A stretch of 63,836 nt of DNA, the filler included, from Sphacelaria rigidula (taxonomy: Eukaryota), in the NCBI GenBank assembly GCA_964200075.2. It is 9 parts of 9 records of this genome, joined end to end, with 100 filler letters (N's around TTAATTAATTAA, not from the genome) between each part and the next. Parts side by side here need not be neighbours in the genome. Positions count along the whole stretch, not along the records: positions 7,106 to 14,109 come from CAXNAA020016994.1; positions 14,210 to 21,213 come from CAXNAA020016995.1; positions 21,314 to 28,317 come from CAXNAA020016996.1; 6 more parts are not named here. The stretch is one strand, 5' to 3'. The notes below the pieces were generated by a model. The model made no database searches. It worked only from the letters and a program-made list of their open reading frames with translations, and was not told the origin of the DNA. A program made the position numbers and the translations under genes. Position 1 is the stretch's first letter. Each line of letters opens with the position of its first letter. This document shows, one piece after another, positions 10,101-24,188 of this stretch.

Positions 10101-13100
10101 AGAAAAGAAGGAGCGCAGCCTCTATGTAGCTGGTCCGTTCCCATTCTGATACAGGCAGTGAAACACGAGCAGGAGAGAAGTTTTGTGAACACAGGTAACA
10201 TCTTAAACCAGTGAGGCGATCGCTGAGGCGAATACTCGAAAGGAACCGCCCACCGTGCACCTGGGTTACAGAGGTATCACGTACGCTTAACATTTATAAA
10301 GCATCGCAAGTCATGTGCTGAAGGCTACTTGCTCAGCGCTTCGGCAGAGACAACATCAAAGACAACAATCAGCAAGTTCCCGTGCTGTCTGTACGTCCAT
10401 ACAACAGGTTGTCCGTGTCTGTCGGTGCCCGTATTACTCGTCTTTCTCAGTCTAAAAAAATGGAAGCGAAACGAAAGCTAAAAGACCCGGTGAAAGGGAC
10501 GACGCTTAGCCATCAGAAGTACCTGCGACCACACGCACACACACACACATATACACACTCCCATCCCCCCCATTAGCGCATCCCCTTACCATCTATGCAT
10601 ACTATCTATCCCAACCTCCTCCAACCAAGCTTGAAAACATTTTCAAAGCAGACCTATGCCCCATACCTCATTTGTTGCCCAGGCAGTGCTTGATTGCCAC
10701 AGTGCAAAATAGGGTAACAAACCAAGAATGACCACTGTAGGTGCCATCTCCATCGTATATTTAAAGCCGAATATGTTATCCATATTATCATCATATGTAT
10801 CGTATATTTACGGTCAAATCGATACTAACTGTGCACGGCCTCTCTTCTTCACAGAAAGAACCGCGTGGTTACTGGTCGGCCTATTAGCCAACCGCCCCCC
10901 CCTCTGTCTCACCTATGGGCCGTATAATGGGCGCGCTTACTGCACTAGCATGCCTATTGTAAGGTGATGCCCTCCCTCAGTCTCCGCGTTTGGAGTCTTC
11001 TACGCAGGCTGCCGTGCCGAGCTCCCTGTAGCAAACACCTGTGCAGCAATACCATAATCGTAATTTTTGCACACGCGCCTTCGGAGAGACGCATATTTTT
11101 ATGTTATGTTCCAAAATCCGACTACAGTTGTTTTTGTGGATCTGTAGATTACGAGTATACTGTATGCCGTTGCGCGTCTGTGTATCGCTGTCGGGCCGTC
11201 GATCATCCACCTCGTAAGTTATATCTGGCGTTGCAAACTATATATCGTGCATGAGATGCGCCGTATTGTACTACCATTGGTTTTGAGCGCAAATGATCGA
11301 TGAAGTTATATATGCATGTGTACTCGGTGAAGACAGAGTCTCGAGCAAATGATGCTCGATGCTCGATGTGGATCTCTGTTCGACAGGATTGTCCTCCGTC
11401 AGTTCGATCTCAGAGCAGCTTGACGAAGAGACGACCGTCGTGATTGATGTTTGTCCCATTCTATACTTGTTCGGTCGTTGTACGAAAATGCGAATCAAAA
11501 GAAGATATGCGTTGCCATGCGCGTGTACATATGCCAACAGTAACAGTCAGGTATGACCTACGTGGTGCGAGGGGTAATACTAGTACTACTACTGTAGCTC
11601 GGACACATGGATACACACAACGAGCACTGGTCTACAAGGGCAGCACCTCTCGGTTGTATGGATCTTCGGATGGACCATGCACTGCACAGAGGCTTGTATT
11701 TTGGATCAAGTGCTGCCCCAAGAGATACCCGTTTTACACAGCTTGGGCACAAACGATACGATCTGGTATCAAAGTACCGTATGCCCCTGCTACTTCGTGG
11801 ACTCTCCTACTGATGTACTCCTATCACACCCCCAACGAGATTCGGATGAGGCACAAATGCCTATGCTGAACGGGTGTGGCGGTATCGAACACGGAAACTG
11901 TATCCGTTTTACTGAGCGGGCACCCATTCGATCCGGCACTGCCGGTCGGGAAATCAACAAATAAATGTCGGTATCTGCTGCCACGCTGGGGGCAGTCATA
12001 TAGAACTATCGGCGCTCCAGTTCGTTGTACAGGGCTCGGTCAAGCCTTGCGACCGCCAGAGTGGATCATTTGTTGGATAGCCATCATATATATACATGAT
12101 ACTCTATACAGATGACCCACCTGGTGAAATTTATCATGATTATTGTTTCCGCGCGCGTTAGCCCGACATCTCGAACCCGTGGTCACAGATCAGATGTAGA
12201 TTCGTTTTTCTAGTACCGTCTCTATTCCTTGGAAGAAGGGAAAATAAACCGGCCGTTTCCTACTGTATGGCAAATAGAAACAACCTTGAAATAATTAGGG
12301 GAAAAAAAAAAAAAAAACTGGAGAACTGCCGTTTTGGATCTTCTTCATCGTTTCGCGCCCTCAAAGACGGCAATAATAACAGGCGGATTTTGACACCTTG
12401 CGATGCCTGGCCACTGCAGACTGTAGTACTCATTGAGACCATTCCAGAGCACCTACCTGTGCATTTTCCCGCTGGCGTCAGTTTTTTTCTCGGCCAAACT
12501 TGCATGTGTCTCGGAGACCGCTGGTTTTTCTCGGAGACCGGTGAAGTCTACAAAAACTTGTGATTTTCCTGGACTTGACCGGTCCCTCAGAAAAATGGGC
12601 GATCTCCGAGTCTCCGAAGAAACGCGAGGTTGGCCAAGAAAAATACTGGGGCCACCACGAAACGCACAGGTGTGCTGGAACCGTCTCAACGAATACAGCA
12701 GCACGGTATTCCAAGCTGTCAAAATCCGCCGAGATACCGTATTGGGTGTAAAACAACGCAGAAGCTCCTAAAATAAAAGGCAGCTATTTTTCCAGGGTTT
12801 TTTTCCCTTGTCTGAGCAAGAAGTGGCCGCTGACGCCAGCGTATTTTCCTCACAGGCCCTATCGTTTTTATGAGACTCCAAACAAATATCTGAATGAATA
12901 AATGAATAACACCAAATAAAACAACGAATTAAAGATTCGGACGTCAAGAAAATGGGGAAGAAATAATAGCTTTTTCTGTGCCTTCAACGCATGGCCTACC
13001 GTCGCGGCCAAAGGGCTAGGGTGCGTCATCATGTACAATATGAGGATGATGTACGATCGTGCGAGTATTCATTTTTTTTTGTAAAGATGTCGATTCAACA

Positions 13101-14209
13101 GGTGACCAACCCAGCGGCCAAGCGGCCAAGAAATATAATAAGGCTGTAACCCTTTGACCGCCAGGTTGTTGAGTTATTGCAAGGTTAATTCGCACCATTT
13201 TCAATTGAAAAATGATGACTCTTGAAAGAAGAAGAACCAACTTGGCAGTCCAATCGTTCCTCACTTCTCCTGGTCATCGAGTTCGGTCTTCATGAACAAG
13301 TCATTCTAAAGTATTTATATAAAAGGGAGAAACTAGTTGTATGTGAACGCAAGAGTCTATATCAAAAAAATATTTCAGGACACACAGGTCCCGCGATCGT
13401 GAATTAGAGTTTTTGAGGGGGGGGGGATACCCAGCCTGCTGTCCCCTAGATTGTCGCCGAGGCGTTAGCGGATGCGGTCAGCTGCGGTCTACAGAGATCC
13501 TTGGCATGGAGACCGCTGAGATGACGGACACACCTCCCCTCCTCCAAGCTCATCACCTACCATGATTACATTGGTTGTTGGATCATATTCCGTGTCGTGT
13601 GCCGCTCGACTATACCCACCACTAGTTCTGAAAAAATTGGCGAGGCGTGAGATGATATTGCTACTTCGGCTATACAGGCTGTCGCTATCATGCGCTCGTG
13701 TGTTGTACATGGATGTGTGTGAGCGTTGCCGGCATCCGAGGTCATCGGGACAGGGCAGGCAAGGAGCAGAAGTAGATATACGGACCTCGCAAAGCCCGCC
13801 AGACTTCTTCTGTCAGTGTTTGTTGACCAAAATATTTCAACAATATCAGCTTTACGGACGACAACCGCCAGACATTCGGAATTGACCGCGCCCTGTGGAC
13901 GTCAGCAGCAAACAAGGAGGGGGGGGGTTGCCGTGGCACGCGGGAGTGCTGCAGGGAGCGGAGAGGTTCATGATCTCATGGCACAGGAATGAAGAGGAGG
14001 CCAGCCGACTGCGTGCGATAAGACTGGAGACCAACGAAGCCCAAATAGCACGGCAATGACGACGGTCCAGAGAAGTGGGGGGTGGGGGGTGAACCCCCCC
14101 GATGAAGGGNNNNNNNNNNNNNNNNNNNNNNNNNNNNNNNNNNNNNNNNNNNNTTAATTAATTAANNNNNNNNNNNNNNNNNNNNNNNNNNNNNNNNNNN
14201 NNNNNNNNN

Positions 14210-17200
14210 GGAATACGACCTATTGCCCATATCACGCACATCGAGAACGCCTTCTATTTAAGCGACTAATATCCGCCGTCACACAAGCGCAACGCAAGTG
14301 TGAAAGGAAGTCTGACATACTCATGAGCCTCGTTTTTCGTGCAACCAAATACCCCTCCCCCTGTCGTAGGATGACTCGTGCGCTGTTGCGGGGAGCTAGT
14401 GCTACGCTGCTCGTGGGAGCAGTAGGTGTTGTCGGTGGCGGCAGGGCGCGGGGAGGGTTAGCATGGCCCGAGAGCGCGTGTTGTCGGAAATGAGAGGAGC
14501 AACTGGAGGTGACGGAGCTGAAATATTTGCGCGAGGGCCGATAGTGCGGAAATCAACGAAATCGGCATTTGTGGGCTTTAGCCCATCCAAAACTACATCA
14601 TGCGGTAGGGGGCGAGGGTCGCCCATGTGCATACCCGTCTCTGGGTAATGAAGGTCAAGGGCGTAAATGGGCGTTGAGAAACGCCGGATAGGGTACACGC
14701 CTGGTTCATTGGGTTCGGTTAGTCGGCAAGCTGGGCTGAAGTCTACAGCCGTTGGAGGAAGGGGCAGGTGGGAGAGAAGATCAGCATTTCCATTAGTTTT
14801 GCCTGGGCGGTGTTTGACAGTAGAGCCATGCTACGATAGGGGGGAGGGGTACTTGCTTCCACGAAAAAAGGGGCTCACAGGTGTGTCAGACGATCTAACA
14901 CACTCGCGATGCACCTGTATTCATGTGAAAATGGAGTCAATCGGTAGTAATTAGCGTTATGTATCGGTAACAAGCGTGCTGGAACAACCGTTGCTGCTTT
15001 CAATGAAAATATGAAGCGAAATTTCGCGGAAGAAGTGGCCCAAAATACCGTCCCCCCGATCGTAGCATGACTCAGTATATTGCTAAGCTCTCAGGAATTT
15101 CAACCAGCGTTGCACACGCGGGTTATGTTCGCCAACCTTGGCGAGGTGTTCAAGTGCTCCGCGATCCGTGTAGATTTGGAAAGGCACGCGGAACAAACAT
15201 TGTCGAAGGCGCTTTATTGCCCAAGTGATTACTCCGCCTTCCAACTCCAGTGGGCTCCAGTTGGCCTCGTTTGGCAGGGTGGCGCGACTGATGTAGAGGA
15301 TGGGTCGAATAGAGCCATCGAGTTGAGGCTGATTCAGGACCGCGCCGAACCCGTCGGTGCTGACGTCTGTGTGCAGTTGAAAGAGGCGAGAGCCGTCTCC
15401 GACTGCATCCCAGTCTGGGAAACGAAGGACCGGTTTTTAGGTGAGTGTTTCCAGCAAATCGCGAACGATAGCTTCCATGTCTTCGGCGAAGACAAACGCG
15501 GCGCCTTTTTGAAGCAAGTCCCTAATGGTGCGAATCCGTTTGAACAGGTTAGGCAAAAAAATGCGATAGTAGGACAGTCCACCCAATAATGAACGGAGTT
15601 GAGTAATATTCGTGGGCATCGGTAATTCAGTCATTGCTCTGACTTTGTTACTTTCCGGGTGTAGACCCGCCGGTGAAATTGAATGTCCCAGGGGATCCAG
15701 TTTAGTCGCGCCAAGGCGAGCTTTGGATGGAGATAGTTTCAAGTCGAGCGTCCGAATTCGAGAAAGAAACTCGCGTGAGGTGCGCACATGCGCAAGAGGG
15801 TAGGCTCGAAGGCGATAACGTCGTTTAAGTACATGATGATGCGTTCGAGATTCTCTGTAACGCGCTGCATCAAGCGTTGCAAACAGCCCGGTGCAGTGGC
15901 GGCGCCTTGTGGGATGCGGAGCCATTCGTAGAGCCCGGAAGATGTGCAGAACGCTGTCAGTGGGACTGTGTCAGGGTGAATGGCGCTCTGGAAAAAAACA
16001 GAAGCGAGATCAAAGGTACTGAACATTTTGCCTTCGCCTAGAGAGTCGAAGACTTCATCTATGCGTGGAATTGCAGGCTTCCCCACCACAGAAACGCGAT
16101 TTAGCCGTCGATAATTCACTGTGATGCGTATGTTTCCATCTTTTTGGGGGACGATCACTAGGGGTGAGGCCCATGGAGAAGATGAATGTTGGATCAATCC
16201 GGCACCTAAGTACGCGTCTAGAATGGCCTTAACCTTTTTGGTAAAGATGGGATTCGTCCGATACGGTCTAGAAGAGGTTGGCGAAACGCCAGGTTAAAGT
16301 GTGATTTCAAAGGGCAGCGTTTTGCAATGTCCCAGATCCGTTTTGGATCAAGAAAATCGGTCTTGGTACTCGCATAAAACATCGCTCAATTCTTGGATTG
16401 CAGCGGGTTCCCAACCGGGTCCATGTGGGTCCAAATTGATGTCACGTAAATGGGATGGGAGTTCATTCCACATGTGCAAGAAACTTCTCTGAGATTCTGG
16501 TGATATGCGTTGGAGCACTTCAGCAGGAGGGTCGGGAGTTAATGGTGCAGGGTCCACGGTGTGGATACGTGATGGAGACGAAGAAGTTACGTCGAAGCAA
16601 TACTCATCGACGCAATTGACCAAACCGCCGGTCGGAGGCGCCGAGTTGGGCGTCGAGGGTTCAGTGGCACATGTCTCAAGTGGAATGTGCATGAGGGGAG
16701 TAGCAGCGATACCCAAAACATCACCAGGTTCGAAGTTAGCATGACTCGTGAGGGGTAAAAGTTGTTTTCCTGCGGAGACAAAGTACTCTGTGCTGGCAGG
16801 CGCTCCAACCCGAGAAAGCATTTCGGCGAGGTAATGTCCCGTAAGGGCAAGCATGCCATTTCGGTGAACGAGGACAACTTTCAGCACTTGAGGATCATCG
16901 GAGAGGGTAAAACCAGCACTACCATCGTATCGTAGGTGATAAGCAGCTCCGGTAGCTTGTTCATTTTTTTGGTAGGCCAAGGCGCCGTGAAGAGTACCGA
17001 AATGTTCCAGATTGAGTCCTCCTCGAGGCGCAGACTGTGGCGGTAATGGTGGTAGCGTGCGGTGGGTGCGTTGATCAAACCGCATGTAACTATATCTGCC
17101 CATTAGCAAGGCGTGAGCCATGGTGCTGTCGGGGACGACATATCACCGGACTGCAAGGCAGGCAGATCGAGTTGTGTTGTGAAAGAATTGCACACTGAGA

Positions 17201-20200
17201 CGAACTGATTTTCATGCGGTCAAAGGTGCGGCGGAGTCACCAGAACCGCCCCATACTCGAGGTTGGGTCGTCATTTCGCAGGCTGCTGAAGCAGCGCAAA
17301 TCTGTTTCATGTGTTCCCACATTGATTCACGGATAAACGTTTGTGGGCTGCCGCTATGTAGCGAAGAGACGCATTTGGCATGCGTGGTGACGTATGGCCC
17401 ACAATGGAGCGCTACGCGAGTAGTAAAAGTGACCGGATCAACGGACACTTTACCACCGACAAGATCCGGACCATGTTCAGCCAAAATAAATTGATCGGGG
17501 TCAGCAGCGCTGACGGCGAAAACGGACGGCGGGTGATCCGCCGGGGGGTCAACGTTCTCACCAAAAGGTATGGTGGATGGTGTGTGATCACCAGGGTGAG
17601 CACAACTCGGCTGGTCATTAGCAATTTCATAGATGACCGTGTTGGGAAGACAGGGATCAACATCTATAATGGGTCTATGTCGTTCAGTGTCGTCTGTAGA
17701 ATAGGCAGGAATATCCGAAAGATCGGATTTGGATTCTTCTGTGATGCCTAATACATTCATCGAGCTCAAAGTCGTCGCATTTTGGAGAGAGTGAGGTCAA
17801 ATGTTTCCGTTCGAGGGAGGTGTTCGTGTTGATGCGCGCGCTTCGGTAGGGGCATGTTCACGGGGCTTCCTCTCTCGCCGTGATAAAGGATGGGGAACTT
17901 CCAAAGTGTTTGTGGAAACCCCAACTGCGTCCAGTGGGGTGGATGTGGTCAGCATCGGGGCATGCTCGGTCGAAGCTTGTTGACTTTCCGCAGGCAAGCG
18001 TGGCTGGGGAGTCATATAGCCGAATGTGAAGTAGAACGGTTTGTGTGAAAACCAGTCACGGGTAGCTTCGCGTGGTGTAATGAACGCGAAGAACGAACTA
18101 TTTCGACCTGGGTGGGTGTTACATGGCCCGAAGTGGTCAAATTCAGACCGGCGACACTTGAACCAGTCGAATGAAGTACACTACTGTCTGTGCGTGCGGT
18201 CGCTGAGGGAAGCCCTTGCCTCAAAGACGGGCGGTTGGTGTTCCCACACCTCAGACTTACGCTCTATTCTGAAGGATCAAGTCCAGAGCTGAGTGTAGAG
18301 CTAAGCTGTGTAGTCGACGCAACTGTCACGCTGTGTGCGTGGAGGTGAAGACGGGGGTCGGTATGAGCGGCCATCATTAGTACTCCTACACAGTGCCGGA
18401 GAGGTTGAGTGAGAATATTTTGTCGCTTATCCTACGGTTAATGTTGAAATTGTCTTCGTGTGTGGTGTCGGCGGCGCCGAAGACGTAAAAACGCCGGCGT
18501 CGGCATGTCATGGATCGGTACGATCAGCCATAAAGGAGCCAGGTTTCTGGCGTTGGAGTTCGAGTTATTGTGATTCGGTCCCGTGCGCTGGTGTGTATCA
18601 GCGGAATTCTGGTGACGGTGAGAAGAACTCTCTTTTCGCCGGGAGCCAGAGTTATCGTAGTTGTCGGGGCGACGGCCGCGATTTGAGCAAGTGTTGCCGC
18701 GGTTGTTAGAAGGGCGGCGAGAATTACGGTTGGATGTGCGGTGTTCACGCATGCGTTTCTGCCATCGGCGCCATGCTGGCTCACTGTCCTGCAGCTCAGA
18801 ATTCATGAGATCGAAAGAGTTAATACAAGGGCGAGTACGATCGCGAATACTGTGCCCTTGAGTGTTACAACTGGTGCAATTGTTTGCGTGGCGGCTGAAG
18901 GCCTCATGTCTGGCAGCAGACGAGAAGAGGAGGTTCTACAAGTGTGGGTCATCTGTAGTAAACACAGAGGTAGATACAGTGTAAACATCATCCCGAATCT
19001 CCGCGGAGTGTGGCCACCCGTCAAAACTGGCGCGGAACGGATCTCTCTGGTTTGCAACGTTCATGACGGAGCCGGCGACTGAGGCGGGCACCCATGAGGA
19101 ACGAGGCGAAGTGTGAGATCGACTAGGGGACCCTGAAGGGGTCGAAGAAGGCACAGAAGCAGACTGAGAACGAGCGGAAGCATACTTGTCGCCACGAATG
19201 GTGGGCGTCAAATTACTTTCCTGATGAACAAACGCACTCCACATAGTGTCGACAGAAGGAAAGGGCACCTCACGGTGTGCCAAAGCACCGGGAAACAGTG
19301 ATGGTATAAGCGTCGGAAACTGATGGGAAACACTATTCCTGACATATGATTGGCACATTGCATCCGATGGACCAGTCTGGCGGCCTACCCCAATAGTGCC
19401 GGACATAACAAGCTTGGATTCTCGGAGGTAGTTCGCGAAGGGAACATTTGCTGCGACCCCGAAAGAACAAAGTCATTGTAAAGCACTCCCTTAAGTGCTG
19501 CGATCGAAGTAGCCGGTCAAGCGGCGCTCCAGATCACGGAGTAAAGCCGTGCATGACTTCCCCGAGGCGCGGTCCGCATCCATAGCGGCCATGAAACCAT
19601 CAAGGATTTGTGTCAGAGCAGCGGCAGTGTCGGGCGAGCGACGGTTGATGGCGCGGTGCAGAGCTTTGTGAAGAGGAGTCTGCCATCCATCAACCCAGTT
19701 GGAATCTTCGAAACGTTGAGCACCCGTAAAGTCTGTTAGCTGAAGGATGTTCCGAAGATTACGACGTACAGATGTGATGAGAGCAGAAGTGAATTGCCCC
19801 GAGTCTTCGTTACATGCTGCAGGCATGGGTTTCACATGCCAAAGTTTCATCACGTCCATTTGGATGTATTCTCTCTGGATGGCGGTGGTGCGGGCGGATT
19901 CCGCTCGAGCGGCGGCTGCTGCTGCACTAGCTGGCTTGCTCTCGGTCGGCGGCAGCGGCAGCCAGAGTGCGAGCCAAAGTGGAAGATAACGGTTTATCCG
20001 AATTGCCATCCGAAGGCCTAAAACCTGACGCGAAACATTTGCTAGACGCGGTGTAGCCCGACTTGGGTCGGGAGAAACCGACGCGGGCGAGTTCGTGACA
20101 GACCGAATTCTGGGCTTGGTGGAAGAAGAGCTCGATGAGCCGCTACTCTGGTGTGTCCTGTTCAAACCGGTGGTGGGGCGGGTCACACGGTGTGGTTGGG

Positions 20201-21142
20201 TCCTCCCAGAGGAGAAGCTTGAACCTCCGTGGTGGTTGCGAGAATCACCGCTGCGATTGCGCTCATAATCGGCAATATCATGCCTGTGGCGTCGGCGACG
20301 AGGAGTCACCGAGATCGAGCCCTCATCAACTTGGGCTGTGGTGGATTTGGAAGCGGTGCGCAATGCGTCGAAGAGCTCGGCAATGGACAGGTCGTAAGGG
20401 GTGGTGGTTTGTTGGATGTGGCGGACTAATTGGCCAATGGCAATCGAAAGGGGATCATCAGGAGGACAAACCCCGTCATGGTCCAGATATGAAGCTACTA
20501 CGCGTTGGAGTGGTCGAATGAGCGCTAGCCAAGTGTCGCGAGAGCTTTGCAAAGGGTTCGAAAGGGTGTACTTGCCCGCAAGAGTCTGCACAGAAAGCGT
20601 GAACCAAGGGATGCCATCGCGGTGGATGAAAAAGTGGCGCGGTTTGGCAGTGGTGTCGGGGCGGGCGGTCGGAGTAGGGGGAGGTTGGGATGGCATGCGG
20701 TGGGAGCGAGGAGCGGCTGCGGCGTGAGAGGCCCGTGAGCGCTCCTCCCCTAGTTTGCGGAGTGGAGCGTGATACTCCTCGGGGGAGAGTGTAGACGCCG
20801 CTGCATCTGTATTGCGTTGCTGATTGACAAGATCATTCATCATGGCTGGTGTGTGAGCAGCATACTCATGGATGGTTGTTCTTGGTCAGTGCGGCCATGG
20901 ACCATGAAAATACGTGGGAGCAGCCCGAACGGGCAGTGTTCCGGACCCAACTGTGGGCGGTCCTGCTGCGACGAAGGCGCAGGGTTGGACGGCGCGACAA
21001 TAGATGTAGGGGGGATTGAAGCGGGTGAGAGTGTACCAGAAGCCCCGGAGCCAGGGTGAGTACCACTGTCGGCGTCGGTGTCGGTGACGGTGGCGGCAGC
21101 GGGAGCTGGGGCCGGGGCAGCAGAAATGGCGGCTTTGGAGGT
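14210..21142 (-). mobile_element. Decayed Ty3/Gypsy LTR retrotransposon (gag-like region, protease, RT, RNase H; integrase beyond the contig end)
   Basis: RT motifs SPWASPLVIV, FSTFDLASVFFQ, TAFCTSSGLYEW, YLND and QLRSLLGGLSYY at ~15500-16250. RNase H at ~15090-15420. Degenerate protease SLHSGSPQTFI at ~17350. Long gag-like ORF at 19491-20843. Many stops and frameshifts. Confidence 0.9.
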
Positions 21143-21213
21143 GGGGGTGTAATCATGATCATGCATGCCACAGTCATAAGACCATTGACCTCGCATCCCT
21201 ACAATGCCGGGAC
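21143..21213 (-). mobile_element. 3' end of C-tailed LINE abutting the Gypsy gag region
   Basis: Minus strand reads GTCCCGGCATTGTAGGGATGCGAGGTCAATGG..GATTACACCCCCACC; cut by the contig end. Confidence 0.7.
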
Positions 21214-21313
21214 NNNNNNNNNNNNNNNNNNNNNNNNNNNNNNNNNNNNNNNNNNNNTTAATTAATTAANNNNNNNNNNNNNNNNNNNNNNNNNNNNNNN
21301 NNNNNNNNNNNNN

Positions 21314-21380
21314 AAGGGACGCGTGGTCAATGGTCACACGACTAAGGCAAGCAACAAATGAGTATGCCCCCCCCCTCCCA
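21314..21380 (+). mobile_element. 3' end of oligo(C)-tailed LINE (contig start)
   Basis: GGGACGCGTGGTCAATGGTCACACGACTAAGGCAAGCAACAAATGAGTATG followed by a C-run. Confidence 0.8.
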
Positions 21381-24188
21381 TATTTGGAGTACTGAGCTGG
21401 GAACCTACAAGCATACTAGCACCTATCGTACGAACAACCGTCCTTCATCACATTGTTTATTTTGTCCTCTGCAGCCGAGGGAATCCATCACTCATTGATA
21501 TTTGGCCATTTTCTACTTGACGGCGCATAACGCGGACATACAGGATGAAAAAAAGAGGGGACGAAGCACGCATATCCGTACCGTAGGGGTACCTAAATTT
21601 GTGTGAAGATTCGAGTTCACAGTCCCAAAATGGAGCGGAGACCGGGCGAAAGAGTAACGAGCTTCTTCTTATCGGGACACTCTCCTCGTCACCGCTAGTA
21701 TTTTCCACCCCCTTTTCCCCGTAATACATATAAACTCCGCCCATTTCTCTCCTGGTGCCCTCCGGACAATCTGTTTTTGGGGATTTCATCAGTGGTTCTG
21801 CGACGCGACGCGTCGGCTCTCGTCGAGTTTTCCCTGCTATTTATACTCATTTCCATGCCCTTTCAACGCTGGGGAGCACATTGGGAGCACATTCTGTTGA
21901 AAGTTGCCGTGTCTATCGGGATTTAAACGCGAAATGTCACACCCTAACTGGCTGACATTGATTTTACCAGCCGGACCACCAAGGTGCAGCGGCATCTTCG
22001 ATCCACTGATTGGCTGTAGAAATCCGGTCGCGGTGACAACACAGACGCACCTGGGGTAGACGAATTGGAAACGCCCGCTGAGGTAAAGTCCAAGAAAGGA
22101 GAAGAGGACAGACGACGGAAGACGAAAGGGATGAAACGGAGTCAGCGATTATTGTAGACAGGACAAAAACGCTGAAAATAACAATAACAGAAATGAACGC
22201 GAAAGTAAGAAGAGGAAGAAAAGGAGAGAGAGGAAAAGGAAAAGGAAAGGAAGAACGCCAATGCGGTCTGTATATATGTATATATATATATATATATGTA
22301 TATACGTATACATTACCGCCCCCCCCGTAAAAAATAATCAAAAGTCCGACCCCTGCCCCGTAGCTTCAGGTAAGAAGGCCTTACGAAAAACCAACAAGAC
22401 GAAGTCAAACGGGAAAATGCCGTGGAAGCAGCTCACGGCTCATGTGGAACGGGAAATATCCCAGGGGTGCTGTAGCTCCACTCTGGGGTTGAAGCAGATA
22501 CTCAAATCGGTTTTTTCACGAGCCCGTGCTGATCTTTTGTTGTTCGTGGTGAATGCGTTCTACAGCATGTGATACACGAAATATCGCACCATTAGGATCG
22601 AAATCGTATGCCCCGCACTGTACAGTTTCGACGCCATCCTTTTTTTTTTCGTGTCAACTACGTTCTACAGTATGTGCTGCACGAAATATCGCACCAACCG
22701 AAATTGTTCGCCCCGCACTCTACAGGTTCCATGTCACGGCGGAATATGGGTGTAATCCTGGAAAATAATACCACGGGATGATTCTTGTCACGCCATTGTG
22801 TCGATCGTGATCCCACCGGCAATCGCCAAGTAGCCATGTGGTGCGCTAAATCTACCCCCTCTACACCCCAAGGAAAGTAGCGGTGGAGGGATCATGCTCT
22901 TCGTGGTCAGAACAGCTTGCATATGTACCAGAGAATGACGTCGGGATCGCCTCTCTTCCGGTGGCCCTTCTCAAGGACACTGTTTCTTTGTAGCATGTCA
23001 TGTCAAGCCATGAACATTTCCCCCCTTCCAGGTTTGTAAATAGAGCCCAATGTTTTTTCCCAGCGATGTTTTTTTTTTCTTTCAAATTTCCTGATCCCTG
23101 GACGGGAACGTAGTCTGACACAGGCCAACGTCGGAAATTCAGTCAGAAACTTGAAATGACACCATCGGAAACGTTGGGAGACCAAGCGGTCCTTTCAGCA
23201 TAGGCCTGCCCCCGCGTCAAGATATCAATGAAGTTTTCCCCTCTTTATGTCAACCTGAAATTGATGCCATCTCCCAGGACGGGGTCGGCGTTGACGCCCA
23301 GGAGTCGGGTATGTTTCCACGGCCCTACGGCTCCCCACCGACACATCCGGTGGCACGTATTAGCCTGGGTGATGAAGGTCCGGAGGGCGTTATGCTGGCC
23401 TCCAGAGATCCTGCTCCCCAATCTGGCCACGACTCATCTCTACAGATCGCCGGAGTATCCAGGGTGGCCCACAGTCTAGTGGTGGGGAATGGAGGCGGGG
23501 GCATGCAGCGGTTCGTGAGTCGCGCAGTCAAAGTGAGTCAACAGGCGAAAAATAATGCATGTTGCGCTGAGATTACCTCCCTCGTGGAAAAGCCCCCCCC
23601 GCTTCTCCCCGCACCTTAATGTCGGCTGACCGACGTCCGTACGTTAAAATCTCCTCGATGAGATCGATAAATCGAAGCGCGAAATTACTCAGGTTGCAGG
23701 ATTGTGCATACACGAGCGATGCGTCATTCCCTCCCCCAGGACCGAGCTGTTTATTTCGCACCCTTTCAGTCCCCGAAGGGTATTCCGACACAATCTCCGG
23801 TGGCCGTACTACCAAACGGAGGTTTGCAGCACGCCTTGACACGACTATTGAAGTGCAATGGCTGGGTGTACGCAAGATGCAGATTGTAATATACTGCAAA
23901 TGTGTACCGGGGTCGCTCTCACCCGATGCGGCGTAGCTCGAACGGCGCAGGTACTCTCAACACGCCGGCAAATGGTTTCTACTGGCACAATAGAGGGTGT
24001 CGTTGACCAAGCGAAGACATGCTCTGAATCATGTCTAATGAGTCGTTCGGTCTGTTGCCGCCTACGACAATGAGGCTCCAGATAGTCTTGTAATGATCAA
24101 ACTATATGTAGTCCGAGAGGTTGTCGACAGTCGTCAACGGTGTTTCCTGAAATCAAAATAGAGCCTTTTCACTTTCATCTTCCCTCGG

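Noticed and set aside
7720-11460. Possible small minus-strand exons (e.g. ~8586-8640 KRGQTATSLALQWFSTPK; ~7737-7772 VTLLIAFASVL*)
   Set aside because: Splice-like boundaries exist but there is no recognisable homology; cannot be supported without RNA-seq.
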